The notes under the pieces were generated by a model that was given only the letters and a program-made list of their open reading frames with translations, had not been told where the DNA came from and searched no databases. From Myxococcota bacterium (GTDB lineage: Bacteria; Myxococcota_A; Bradymonadia; Bradymonadales; GCA-2716585), in NCBI GenBank assembly GCA_963169075.1, contig CAUJGC010000434.1:1-63805 (forward strand): a DNA stretch of 63,805 nucleotides, read 5' to 3'. Of this stretch, positions 9,174 to 19,310 are shown piece by piece. Position 1 is the first letter of the stretch; each line of letters opens with the position of its first letter. The translations under genes were made by a program, and so were the position numbers.

Positions 9174-10400
9174 ATGCGCGACCCTGGACTCCCCAACCAC
9201 CCTGGCCTACGCCTCACCCTGGCCCTCGCCATCCTCCTGGCCTGCACCCTCGCGCCCTCCATCCAGCGACCCCAGACCGCCTCACGCCCCGACGCGCCCG
9301 CGCCCTCCGACGCCGACCCCGGACGCCTCGTCGCCCTCGTCCCCATGGGACGCCTCCGGGAGCCCGATCTTCACTTCATCGCAGACGGCCTCCGCGACCG
9401 CCTCGGCCTCCCCGTCGCCCTCCTCTCCCCGCGCCTCGCCACGCCGGACGCCATCCACCCCGCCACCGCGCGCTATCAGGCCGAACCCCTCCTCGACGAC
9501 CTCTCCCTCCACCTCCCCCCCGACGCCTGGATCCTCATCGCCGTCACCGACGACGACCTCACCTCCGCCGACGAGGACACCCTCTACGGCTTCGCAGACA
9601 GCAACGCCCGCACCGCCGTCCTCTCCACCGCGCGCTTCCGCGACGACCTCCAGCACCCCCTCGTCGCCCGCCGCGCACGCGCGCGCGACCAGCTCATCCG
9701 CGCCGCCGTCCACGAGGTCGCCCACCTCACCGAGCAGGACCACTGCGACGCACGCGGCTGCCTCATGGGCGAGATCGCCCACCGCGCCCAGATCACCCCC
9801 CGCACCACCCTCTGCCCGCGCTGCGCCACACGCCTCGCCTTGGCCCTCCGCGAACCCCGCGACCTCGACGCCGAGCGCCTCCAGCGCGGCGACCACCTCC
9901 TCGCCCTCGGCCTCCCCCACCTCGCCTTGCGCCTCTACCACCAGACCCCGCCACCCCAGCCCACCCCCGAGCGCGCCCGCTACGAGAACCGCCTCGGCGC
10001 CGCCCTCCTCTCCCTGGAGCGCGTCGCCGAAGGCGAGGCCCACCTCCGGCGCGCCCTCGAACTCCAACCCGACCTCCACCCCGCCCTCTACAACCTCGCC
10101 CTCGTCCTCGCCTACGCCGGAGAGGACGAAGCCGCCGTCCAGACACTCCAGCGCGGCATGGACCTCGACGCCGACCCCCAGAGCCGACACGCCTTCGCCG
10201 CCCGCTTCTACCTCGACGCCCTCCAGGACCCCGGCTCCGCCCTCCTCCACCACCGACGCCTCCTCGACGCCGGCGGACGCGACCCCTACCTCGACCGCGC
10301 CCTCCGACACCTCCAGGAGCCCGATCTCCTCATCTTCGCCGCCGAAGAGGCCACGCACATCACCGCCCCACGGCCCAGGCGACCCCACAAACGCCGATGA
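9174..10400 (+). CDS. Archaemetzincin-like zinc metalloprotease fused to TPR repeats; predicted lipoprotein, 408 aa
   Basis: Signal peptide with lipobox (LALAILLAC). HEVAHLTEQDHCDARGCLM...CPRC matches the archaemetzincin HExxH...HC-x4-C-x-M...CxxC signature. The C-terminal half is TPR-like (RLGAALLSLERVAEGEAHLRRALELQPD...). Confidence 0.75.
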   Translation: MRDPGLPNHPGLRLTLALAILLACTLAPSIQRPQTASRPDAPAPSDADPGRLVALVPMGRLREPDLHFIADGLRDRLGLPVALLSPRLATPDAIHPATARYQAEPLLDDLSLHLPPDAWILIAVTDDDLTSADEDTLYGFADSNARTAVLSTARFRDDLQHPLVARRARARDQLIRAAVHEVAHLTEQDHCDARGCLMGEIAHRAQITPRTTLCPRCATRLALALREPRDLDAERLQRGDHLLALGLPHLALRLYHQTPPPQPTPERARYENRLGAALLSLERVAEGEAHLRRALELQPDLHPALYNLALVLAYAGEDEAAVQTLQRGMDLDADPQSRHAFAARFYLDALQDPGSALLHHRRLLDAGGRDPYLDRALRHLQEPDLLIFAAEEATHITAPRPRRPHKRR

Positions 10401-10455
10401 TATATCAACTGGACATATAAACCACACAACTCAACAGGTATTCATACACAATTCC

Positions 10456-10484
10456 TTGCATCCAGGCGACGCTTGACGCATGAT
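10456..10484 (+). promoter_or_regulatory. Putative sigma-70-type promoter for the Ser/Thr kinase gene
   Basis: TTGCAT (10456-10461), 17 nt, CATGAT (10479-10484), about 40 nt upstream of the ATG at 10523. Preceded by an unusually AT-rich stretch (about 10395-10455). Sequence match only. Confidence 0.25.
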
Positions 10485-10522
10485 GGACGCACGTTCCATC
10501 GCACCCTGGACGCACAACACCC

Positions 10523-11650
<1,128 letters not shown>

Positions 11651-11898
11651 CCCCCCCGGGGGCGTAACGTCCAACCCTCCGGGATTGGACGAACGCCCCC
11701 GGTCCCCCCCGTGACGGGGGGACACCGACGGGTCGCTGGGAGCGCTGGGGGACGGGTCGCGTCCGGTAGCGAGCGAGCAAAGCGACGCACGCTGGCGAGC
11801 GAGCGCAGCGAGCGAGGTCGGTGTCCCCCCGTCACGGGGGGGACCGGCCCCGTTCCTCCTGAGAGCGAAGCGAGCAGGAGGTTACGGGGCCGGGGGGG
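11651..11898. repeat. Copy B of the palindromic repeat family; complete, with L-unit + spacer + R-unit
   Basis: Starts with C7 directly after the kinase TGA (11648-11650). Ends with G7 directly before the TCA stop of the minus-strand gene (11899-11901). The L arm contains CCGGTCCCCCCCGTGACGGGGGGACACCGACGGGTCGCTGGG, shared exactly with copy C. The R arm is its inverted counterpart. Confidence 0.8.
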
Positions 11899-14151
11899 TC
11901 ACGGACACTTGCACCCGCTCAGATCAAAGGGCGCCAGCCCCTCACCCGCCCACGGCCCAAGCACCGGCCCCGCCGGCTCCTGCGTGTAGCTCATCCCGAA
12001 GCGCCCCACGATCCGCGCCACGCTCATCACCGCGCCGCACCGCGACGGGCGCACCGCCCCCGCGCAGTCCTTCGCCTGACCCAGGATGTCGTCGGCGGCG
12101 ACGCGGCTGGGGCGGAGGCACGCCGCCACCTCGTCGTCGAGCGGCAGCTTCTGGTAACCCTGCGCCCCGCCCTCGACGCACATCAGCGTCGGCAGGCGCA
12201 CCAGATCCTTCACCGCGCCGCAGGACACCGAGCACACGTTCGGCTCGCCGCTCAACATCACCCCCACCGTCCCGCTCAGGTTGTAGAGCAGCGTCAGCGC
12301 CTCATCAAAGAGCAGCACGTCCAGCGCACCGCTCCGCGCCTTCCCCTCCGGCGCCTTGCCCGTCAGGAGCCCCACCCCGAGCCCGCCGTGCGTCCCGTCC
12401 TCGCGCATCCCCACCAGCGCACCGCTCGACGGGTCCATCCCCCACCACACCGTCGCCGCCTCCCCGCCCACCGCGCTCGGCGCCGCAGGCACCAGCGCCG
12501 AGAAACCCGCCTTCCGCACCAGATAATCCAGCCGGATGGACGCCTCCCGCGACACCTTCAGGCGCTTGACCTCCGCCTCGAACGACGACGGCGAGAGCGT
12601 CACCATCGGCGTCTTCGCCTCCGCAGCCGCCGTCATCAGCTCGTCCACCGCGATCACCGGCTTGCCGGTCAGCCGGCTCACCACGGCGCTCTCCAGGCCG
12701 CTGTTGAAGCGGCCCCGCAGCGCCTGGAACGACGGCTCCATCATCTGCGGCAGCCCCTGCGCCGCCACCGCCCGCAGCCCGTCGCCGCGCAGATCGATCT
12801 GCCAGTAGAAGCGGTCCGCATCCCGGAAGCCGCCCACCATCAACACCCGCGGCTGATCGTAGAACGCCCGCACCCCCAGCTGGCGCGCCATCCGCAGGCT
12901 CGTCCGATCCGACACCATCCCGAAGGTCAGCGCCATCAAGCCGCCCGACTTCCCCAGCACCTCCTCCACGTAGCTGTCCGCGCGGCGCAGCACCTCCGCC
13001 TCCCGCAGCGCCTTCGCCTGACCCTGCTGGATCACCCCCTGCATCGACGCGCCGCCCGTGTGGAGCCCCGCCAGCTCCTGCTGCGCCACCGCCGTAAAGA
13101 AGGTCGGGTTCACCCACCCCGGCAGCATCACCATGCTGAAGACCTGCTGGTCGGCCTCGAAGATGTTGAGCTGGCCCCCGGCCACGTAGAGATCGCGCCA
13201 GTGCTTCCGCTGCGAGCGCCCCCCGCGATCAAAGAAGAACTCCACCCACACGCGCTCCGCGTCCCCCACCCCGAAGCCCTCGCCGCGCACCGTCCGGCTG
13301 CCCAGCCCAAGCGACGGCGCCAGCGTCCGCCCCTTCCCCTCCGCCGCGCCGAAGGTCAGCGTGACGTTCCGCCACGCCAGCTCCTCCAGCCGATCGCTCA
13401 CCCGCACCAGCGAGCGCGACTTGCCGCCGCGCTCCTTCACGAAGACCTCCACCGTCGCGGTGATCCGATCCTCCGGGCGCACCTCGCTCCCCTCACCGAC
13501 CCGCGACCCCCGCGCCGCGTCGTAGGCCGCGCCGCGGAACGACGGGTCCAGCGCCACCCAGCGCCCGCCGATCTGCGCCTCCACCCAGGTGTGCTCCCGC
13601 ACCGCGTTCACCAGCGCCCGATCCCCGCCGGGGCTGGAGAGCGGCGCGCTCGACGGCACCTCCAGACCGCTCAACGCCCCCGACCCCGCGTACTCCTCCA
13701 GGAGCTGCCGCGCGTCCTCCGGCGAGAGCGTCCCCCAGACCAGCCGGGAGCGCACGCCGATCTCCCCCAGCAGCTCCCGAAGGAGCTGCGCCTTGTCCAC
13801 GCTGTTGCCCGCCCGGCTCATCAGCGCACCGCGCGCACCGCGCAGCTCGCCCTCATAGGGCTCGAACCCGATCTCATCGCGCACATAGAAGAAGAGGCTC
13901 TGCACCGTCGCGCGGCGCCCCATCGACGCCACCAGCCGCTTCGGAGAGAGCGACTCCGACGCCACCCGCACCCGCTGCACCCCGCGCACCTCGTCACCGA
14001 TCGCCTCCAGGCGACCTCCGAAGCCCTGGACATAGGACGCCGTCGTCTCCTGAGCCTGCGCCGACCCACCCCACGCCAGCGCGGCCCACGCCGCCAGCCC
14101 ACACACCGCCCACGCGCGCCGCCGCGCCTCCCCTGATCCCCTGAAGTTCAT
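11899..14151 (-). CDS. Secreted transglutaminase-like domain protein with the nucleophile position occupied by Ser, 750 aa
   Basis: Signal peptide (AWAVCGLAAWAALAWGGSAQA). Transglutaminase-core-like block AGNSVDKAQLLRELLGEIGVRSRLVWG...EHTWVEAQIGGRWVALDPS, with His and Asp retained and Ser where Cys is expected. ATG at 14151 has an upstream GAGAGGTGG; a GTG at 14163 is the alternative. Confidence 0.75.
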   Translation of the reverse strand: MNFRGSGEARRRAWAVCGLAAWAALAWGGSAQAQETTASYVQGFGGRLEAIGDEVRGVQRVRVASESLSPKRLVASMGRRATVQSLFFYVRDEIGFEPYEGELRGARGALMSRAGNSVDKAQLLRELLGEIGVRSRLVWGTLSPEDARQLLEEYAGSGALSGLEVPSSAPLSSPGGDRALVNAVREHTWVEAQIGGRWVALDPSFRGAAYDAARGSRVGEGSEVRPEDRITATVEVFVKERGGKSRSLVRVSDRLEELAWRNVTLTFGAAEGKGRTLAPSLGLGSRTVRGEGFGVGDAERVWVEFFFDRGGRSQRKHWRDLYVAGGQLNIFEADQQVFSMVMLPGWVNPTFFTAVAQQELAGLHTGGASMQGVIQQGQAKALREAEVLRRADSYVEEVLGKSGGLMALTFGMVSDRTSLRMARQLGVRAFYDQPRVLMVGGFRDADRFYWQIDLRGDGLRAVAAQGLPQMMEPSFQALRGRFNSGLESAVVSRLTGKPVIAVDELMTAAAEAKTPMVTLSPSSFEAEVKRLKVSREASIRLDYLVRKAGFSALVPAAPSAVGGEAATVWWGMDPSSGALVGMREDGTHGGLGVGLLTGKAPEGKARSGALDVLLFDEALTLLYNLSGTVGVMLSGEPNVCSVSCGAVKDLVRLPTLMCVEGGAQGYQKLPLDDEVAACLRPSRVAADDILGQAKDCAGAVRPSRCGAVMSVARIVGRFGMSYTQEPAGPVLGPWAGEGLAPFDLSGCKCP

Positions 14152-14217
14152 GGTGCGTCCCACCTCTCTGCTTGCTCCGGCCTGACCTGCGCTGCGCGCT
14201 CGCTTCCGGAGCGGAGG

Positions 14218-15687
14218 CTAACCGCCTGCGCGCTCCGCGTCAAAATCGCCCCCGCCTCCGCGCCCCATCCGCCGCACCCCCTCCACCCCCGCCCAGATCA
14301 CCACGGGGCCGTACTCCACCACCCGCAGCGCCACATCCCACGCCCCCCCGTCCCCCCGCAGCCCATACGAGAGCACCACGCTCCCCCCCCAGAGCACGAA
14401 GGGCCAGAAGCGCCGCGCCAGCGCCAGCGGCACCAGCCACGCCACATACCAGGGATGCACCACCGGCGACACCAGCAGCAGCACCCCGATCCACGCCAGC
14501 GTCGCCTCCAGCGGCGGCGCCCGCAGCCAGAGCAGGCTCCACCCCAGGAGCGCCAGCAGCAGCGCCGCCATCCCCTTCGTCAGGTTCGACGCCACCTCGT
14601 AGCGCGTGAACGTCGTGCTCACCACCTCGCGCCCCTCGTGCACATGGCGCACCCCAAGCGCCCCAAGCGGCCCCGTCAGCGCGTCCATCCGCCACACCGG
14701 CTCGCCGCCGCCGGGCGCCGACGCCGTCTCCAGCAACGCCTCATGCCCTGCGAACACCGCCGCATAGGGGCCGTCGTTCCAGCGCCACTTGCGCGCATAG
14801 GTCGAGAACCCCTGCCCGAAGGTCCCTCCCTCCCCGAAGATCACCCCCGTGAAGTAGGGCGCGAACGTCAGCGCCACCACCAGCGACGCCCCGCCCACCA
14901 GCCGCCCCACGCGCCCCCAGCGCCCCGCCCGGCCACCGCGCCACGCCGACGCCAGCAAGAAGGGCAGCGCCACCACCCCCAGCACCTTCGCCCCCACGCT
15001 CCACCCCAGCGCCAGGCCCGCCCGACCCCAGCGCCCCTCCCCGCCCCACGCCAGCGCCCAGATCAGCCCCGCCAGCGCCAGCGCGTCCAGGTGCCCCGAC
15101 CCTGCGAACTCCACCACCAGCAGCGGGCTCCACAGCGCCAGCGCCCACACCTGGGCGCGACGCGACGCCGGGACGCAGCGCCCCAGCCCCCAGATCCCGA
15201 GCAGCTCCCCCGCCACCATCCACGCCCGCATCACCGCGTCACTGCCGCCGCCCACAAGCGCCGAGAGCGCAAAAACACCTTGCGCAGCAGGAGGATAGAT
15301 CGTCGGCACCTCCTTGTGGTTGATCAGCGACCACCACGCCGTCCGCAGCCCCGCCACCGCCTCCGACGACGGCGCGTGCAGGTACGGGTTCACCCCCTGG
15401 AGCTGCACATGCCCGTCCCACAGGTAGCGCCAGATGTCATCCGAGAAGAGCGGCGCCCCCAGCAGCATCAGCCCCCGCGCCGCCAGCCCCACCCCCACCG
15501 CCCACCCCAGCGGCACCTCACGCCCCGACACCACCCCCCACGCCCACACACCATAGACCCCCAGCGCCGCCCCATACGCCCCAAGCGCCGCCTCCCGCGC
15601 GCCCGCCGCGCTCCACCACGCGAGCAGCCCAAGCGACGCGCAGAGCAGCACCCCCCAGCCCAGCGTCCACCCCCGCGCCCCGCTCAT
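14218..15687 (-). CDS. Polytopic GT-C-fold membrane glycosyltransferase (DUF2029/GT87-like), 489 aa
   Basis: Track ORF 14218..16110 trimmed to the ATG at 15687 (MSGARGWTLGWGVLLCASL...), which overlaps the GT2 stop (ATGA, 15684-15687). Many TM helices. First-loop motif SDDIWRYLWDGHVQLQGVNPY is typical of this family. Confidence 0.75.
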   Translation of the reverse strand: MSGARGWTLGWGVLLCASLGLLAWWSAAGAREAALGAYGAALGVYGVWAWGVVSGREVPLGWAVGVGLAARGLMLLGAPLFSDDIWRYLWDGHVQLQGVNPYLHAPSSEAVAGLRTAWWSLINHKEVPTIYPPAAQGVFALSALVGGGSDAVMRAWMVAGELLGIWGLGRCVPASRRAQVWALALWSPLLVVEFAGSGHLDALALAGLIWALAWGGEGRWGRAGLALGWSVGAKVLGVVALPFLLASAWRGGRAGRWGRVGRLVGGASLVVALTFAPYFTGVIFGEGGTFGQGFSTYARKWRWNDGPYAAVFAGHEALLETASAPGGGEPVWRMDALTGPLGALGVRHVHEGREVVSTTFTRYEVASNLTKGMAALLLALLGWSLLWLRAPPLEATLAWIGVLLLVSPVVHPWYVAWLVPLALARRFWPFVLWGGSVVLSYGLRGDGGAWDVALRVVEYGPVVIWAGVEGVRRMGRGGGGDFDAERAGG

Positions 15688-17183
15688 CGCGACGCGCGCC
15701 GGAAGAGGCGGCTCGTCTGCAAGAGGCTCAGGAGCCCCACATAGAGGAAGCCCCCCTGGAAGAGCAGCAGAAAGGGCAGCGACGCCAGCGCCTGCGCCCC
15801 ATGCGAGAGCACCGCCACCACCGCCACCGTGAACCAGAGCCCCAGCCCAAGCTCCAGCACCGGCAGCAGATCCAGCCGACGGATGTACGCCTTGTCCAGC
15901 CAGCTCCCCCGCGCCTCCGCACCGCCTCCCGCGATCCCGTACTTCGGCGTCCGGGTGAACCCCGTCTGGTGGCCGACCAGCGCCTCCACCACCGCCTTGC
16001 AGTTGTTCACCGAGAGCCCGATCCCCAGGCTCATCACCCCCGGCACGTAGCGCAGCGCCTCCCACCACGTCCGACCCAGCGCCCGCTGCGACATCACATA
16101 GAAGAAGCACACCGAGAACGTCGCCAGCACAAACACCGGCAGATCCACCAGCAGCGCCTCATACCACCCGTGCCCAAGCCGCAGCATCGTCGCCACCGGC
16201 ATCATCAACGCCAGCAGGATCATCAACAGATACGCGATGTTGTTCGTCAGGTGCGTCGTCGCCTCCAGCTTCACCGCCAGCGGCAGATCCGCGCGCAGCA
16301 ACCGCCACAGGAGCTTCCGCGCCACCTGGATCGACCCCTTCGCCCACCGGTGCTGCTGCGACTTGAACGCGTTCATCTCCACCGGAATCTCCGCCGGAGA
16401 CACCACATCCTTCAAGTACACAAAGCGCCACCCCGCCAGCTGCGCGCGGTACGAGAGATCCAGATCCTCCGTCAGCGTGTCGTGCTGCCAGCCCCCGGCC
16501 TCCTCGATCGTCACCCGGCGCCAGATCCCCGCCGTCCCGTTGAAGTTGAAGAAGCGGCCCGAGCGGTGACGCGCCGTGTGCTCGATCACGAAGTGACCAT
16601 CCAGCAGGATCGACTGAAGCTCCGTCAGCAGCGAGTGCTCCCGGTTCAGGTGCTCCCAGCGCGCCTGCACCATCCCGATCTGCGGCGAGGTGAAGAAGTG
16701 TATGGTTTTACGAAGGAAGTCGGCTTCGGGGAGGAAGTCTGCATCAAAAACCGCGACAAACTCCCCGCGCGCCACCTTCAGCCCCGCCTCCAGCGCGCCC
16801 GCCTTGTAACCCGAGCGATCCTCCCGGTGCAGATACACGATCGACACGCCCAGCCCCTGCCAACGCGCCACCGCGGCCTGAGCGATCTCCCGCGTCGCGT
16901 CCGTCGAGTCGTCCAGCACCTGCACCTCCAGCCGGTCGCGCGGGTAGTCCATCGCGCACACCGCGTCGATCAAGCGCTCGATCACGTAGCGCTCGTTGTA
17001 GCACGGCAGCTGCACTGTCACCGCCGGCAGCGACGACTCCTCGAAGCGATCCACGGGCGCGGGCACCTCGTCGCGATGGCGATGGAAGAGCCAGGCCATC
17101 GCGTAACGATGCAGCCCAAACACCGACAACATCACAAGAATAACGAAGTAGACACCCAGAAAGATCAGCTCGCCGTATCCCAT
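15684..17183 (-). CDS. Family-2 glycosyltransferase, processive CslA/cellulose-synthase-like type, 499 aa
   Basis: Motifs VTVQLPCYNE, VLDDSTD, AVFDADF, TEDLDLS and QQHRW (the QxxRW processivity motif), plus N- and C-terminal TM helices. ATG at 17183 has a GGAG 8 nt upstream; the track start at 17210 is TTG. Confidence 0.85.
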   Translation of the reverse strand: MGYGELIFLGVYFVILVMLSVFGLHRYAMAWLFHRHRDEVPAPVDRFEESSLPAVTVQLPCYNERYVIERLIDAVCAMDYPRDRLEVQVLDDSTDATREIAQAAVARWQGLGVSIVYLHREDRSGYKAGALEAGLKVARGEFVAVFDADFLPEADFLRKTIHFFTSPQIGMVQARWEHLNREHSLLTELQSILLDGHFVIEHTARHRSGRFFNFNGTAGIWRRVTIEEAGGWQHDTLTEDLDLSYRAQLAGWRFVYLKDVVSPAEIPVEMNAFKSQQHRWAKGSIQVARKLLWRLLRADLPLAVKLEATTHLTNNIAYLLMILLALMMPVATMLRLGHGWYEALLVDLPVFVLATFSVCFFYVMSQRALGRTWWEALRYVPGVMSLGIGLSVNNCKAVVEALVGHQTGFTRTPKYGIAGGGAEARGSWLDKAYIRRLDLLPVLELGLGLWFTVAVVAVLSHGAQALASLPFLLLFQGGFLYVGLLSLLQTSRLFRRASR

Positions 17184-17350
17184 GCGCCGCTCCGTAACTC
17201 CGCGCCACAACGCGCGGCCCGGCCTTACCCCATCCCCTCCGCGAGCGTCAAGAATCCGACCCGCCCGACCCTTGCGACACAGCGCGACGATCTGTTACAC
17301 AGAGGAGCGGACACCTCGGGTCCCCGGACCAACCCCTACCCTCGGTACCC

Positions 17351-18691
17351 ATGCAGGCCAGACAGCCCACCTACTTCGAGGCCCTCCTCAACAGGCTCAG
17401 GCAACCTACCGCCGACCTGCTCCAGGAGCATAGCGACCTCGACCCCTTCGCCGCGCTCATCGCCCTCATCCTCCAGACCGAGGCCCGCACCGAGCGACCC
17501 ATCCGGGAGCTGCTCCTCGACGAGCGCTTCCTCAAGGCCGGGCGCGCCTACGCCGCCCTCCTCCTGGAGAACGACCGACTCCCCCCGGGAGAGCAGCTCT
17601 CACCCGAAGAGCTCTCCCTCCCCCGGGCCCTCCTCCTCGAGTTCTTCCGCGGCGGACGCGACATCCAGCTCCGCGCCCAGGAGGTCCTCACCCTCATCGA
17701 GCGCAAGTTCTCCCAGCGCTGCTTCCAGCAGGCCAACATCCTCCTCCAGCTCTTCGAGACCGACGCCGCCACACGCCTCCAGAACGAGCGCAAGCTCTTC
17801 TACGAGGACATGATCCAGCGCCTCGGCATCCGCAGGCGACAGCCCCTCGACCCCGGAGACTCCTCCGCCGTCCAGGAGCACTTCGCCGCCCTCAAGCGCG
17901 AACTCCACGACGCCGGCGCCTTCCTCCGACGCGACGCCGACACCCTCTCCCTCCAGCGCCTCGCCGCCCCCCTCACCCCCTGGGACACGCACGCCCACCC
18001 CGGCGACGACCTCACGCCCCTCACCCTCGAAGACCCCTTCCTCCCCCTCCTCCGCGCCTTCGACTGGCTCGCCGCCAGGCACCAGGTCCACTTCTGCCTC
18101 CTCACCCGAGACGCCGACGACTTCAACGCCTGGAGCCGCCTCGCCGCCGGACGACACGACGCCGAGCTGCTCCGCTTCATCCCGCCCAGCCGCTGGCGCT
18201 CACCCGCCAACCTCACCGCCACGCCCCTCCTCCAGCAGCTCGCCGCCGCCCTCCACGAGCAGGCCCTCCGCGCCTGGATGCAGAGCACCACACGCGCCGC
18301 CTACTTCATCCTCCTCGCCGTCGGAGACACCGGCCTCGAAAACTTCCTCGACGCCTACTTCGACTGGCTCAAAGAAGACCTCGGCGTCGATGGCACCGCC
18401 TTCATCGACCGCCTCCACCGCGAGTCCACCCTCGGGGAGCTCACCCTCGAAGAGACCCTCAACGCCATCTTCGACGAGCACTTCGCCAAGCCCCTCGAAG
18501 AAAAACCCCGGGACCTCTCCGTACACCAGCTCCGAAGGGCCCTCGCCCTCTTCACCGACGCCCTCCCCCAGATCAACTTCTCCGAGGTCCCCCCCGGCCA
18601 CTACAACCTCGCCGGCTTCCTCCTCGACCACCTCCTCAACCTGAAATACCCCTCCCCCGAGTTCCCCTTCAAGATGCACCGCATCTCATGA
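17351..18691 (+). CDS. Hypothetical soluble helical protein of no recognised family, 446 aa; translationally coupled to the ECF sigma gene
   Basis: Long ORF with coding-like composition. ATG start. Its stop overlaps the sigma-factor ATG (ATGA, 18688-18691). No TM segment or known motif recognised. Confidence 0.7.
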   Translation: MQARQPTYFEALLNRLRQPTADLLQEHSDLDPFAALIALILQTEARTERPIRELLLDERFLKAGRAYAALLLENDRLPPGEQLSPEELSLPRALLLEFFRGGRDIQLRAQEVLTLIERKFSQRCFQQANILLQLFETDAATRLQNERKLFYEDMIQRLGIRRRQPLDPGDSSAVQEHFAALKRELHDAGAFLRRDADTLSLQRLAAPLTPWDTHAHPGDDLTPLTLEDPFLPLLRAFDWLAARHQVHFCLLTRDADDFNAWSRLAAGRHDAELLRFIPPSRWRSPANLTATPLLQQLAAALHEQALRAWMQSTTRAAYFILLAVGDTGLENFLDAYFDWLKEDLGVDGTAFIDRLHRESTLGELTLEETLNAIFDEHFAKPLEEKPRDLSVHQLRRALALFTDALPQINFSEVPPGHYNLAGFLLDHLLNLKYPSPEFPFKMHRIS

Positions 18692-19290
18692 GCCCCCTGG
18701 AGCAGGACATCCGCGCCTGCTTCGACGCAGGGCACCTCGACCGCGCCTGCACCCTCGCCATCGAGGGCTACGGACCCGAGCTCCTCGGCCTCCTCCTCGC
18801 CCTCACCCGCGACCACGACGCCGCCGCAGACCTCTTCTCCACCCTCTCCGAAGACCTCTGGCGAGGCCTCCCCCACTTCCGCTGGGAGGCCTCCCTCCGC
18901 ACCTGGCTCTACCGCCTCGCCTATCGCGCCCACCAGCGCCACCTCCGCGACCCCTTCCGACGACGCCTCGACCCCCGACTCCCACCCGAGGCCGCCCAGG
19001 CCGCCGAACACCTCCGCACACGCACCCTCCCCCACCTCCGCACCTCCCTCAAGGACCGCGTCGCCCTCCTCCGCCTCAGCCTCCCCACCGAAGACCAGCT
19101 CCTCCTCACCCTCCGCATCGACCGCGACCTCCCCTGGGCCGAGATCGCCCACATCCTCCACGACCACGACCCACCCCTCACCCCCGAGGACGCCGCGCGA
19201 CGCGCCAACGCCCTCCGACAGCGCTTCCACGCCCTCAAGAAACGACTCCGCGACCTCGCCGCCCAAAGCGGCCTCCTCGACAACACCTGA
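18688..19290 (+). CDS. ECF-type RNA polymerase sigma-70 family factor, 200 aa
   Basis: Region-2-like block DLFSTLSEDLWRGLPHFRWEASLRTWLYRLAYRAHQRHLRD and region-4-like block QLLLTLRIDRDLPWAEIAHIL. Size is typical of ECF sigma factors. Confidence 0.75.
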   Translation: MSPLEQDIRACFDAGHLDRACTLAIEGYGPELLGLLLALTRDHDAAADLFSTLSEDLWRGLPHFRWEASLRTWLYRLAYRAHQRHLRDPFRRRLDPRLPPEAAQAAEHLRTRTLPHLRTSLKDRVALLRLSLPTEDQLLLTLRIDRDLPWAEIAHILHDHDPPLTPEDAARRANALRQRFHALKKRLRDLAAQSGLLDNT

Positions 19291-19310
19291 ACACCACCCC
19301 CGCGACGGCT

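Noticed and set aside
11651-11898. Possibility that the G7/C7 repeat copies are CRISPR repeats or an integron attC array
   Set aside because: The copies are tens of kb apart rather than regularly spaced with short spacers. No cas or integrase gene is present. Each copy is itself a composite inverted repeat.
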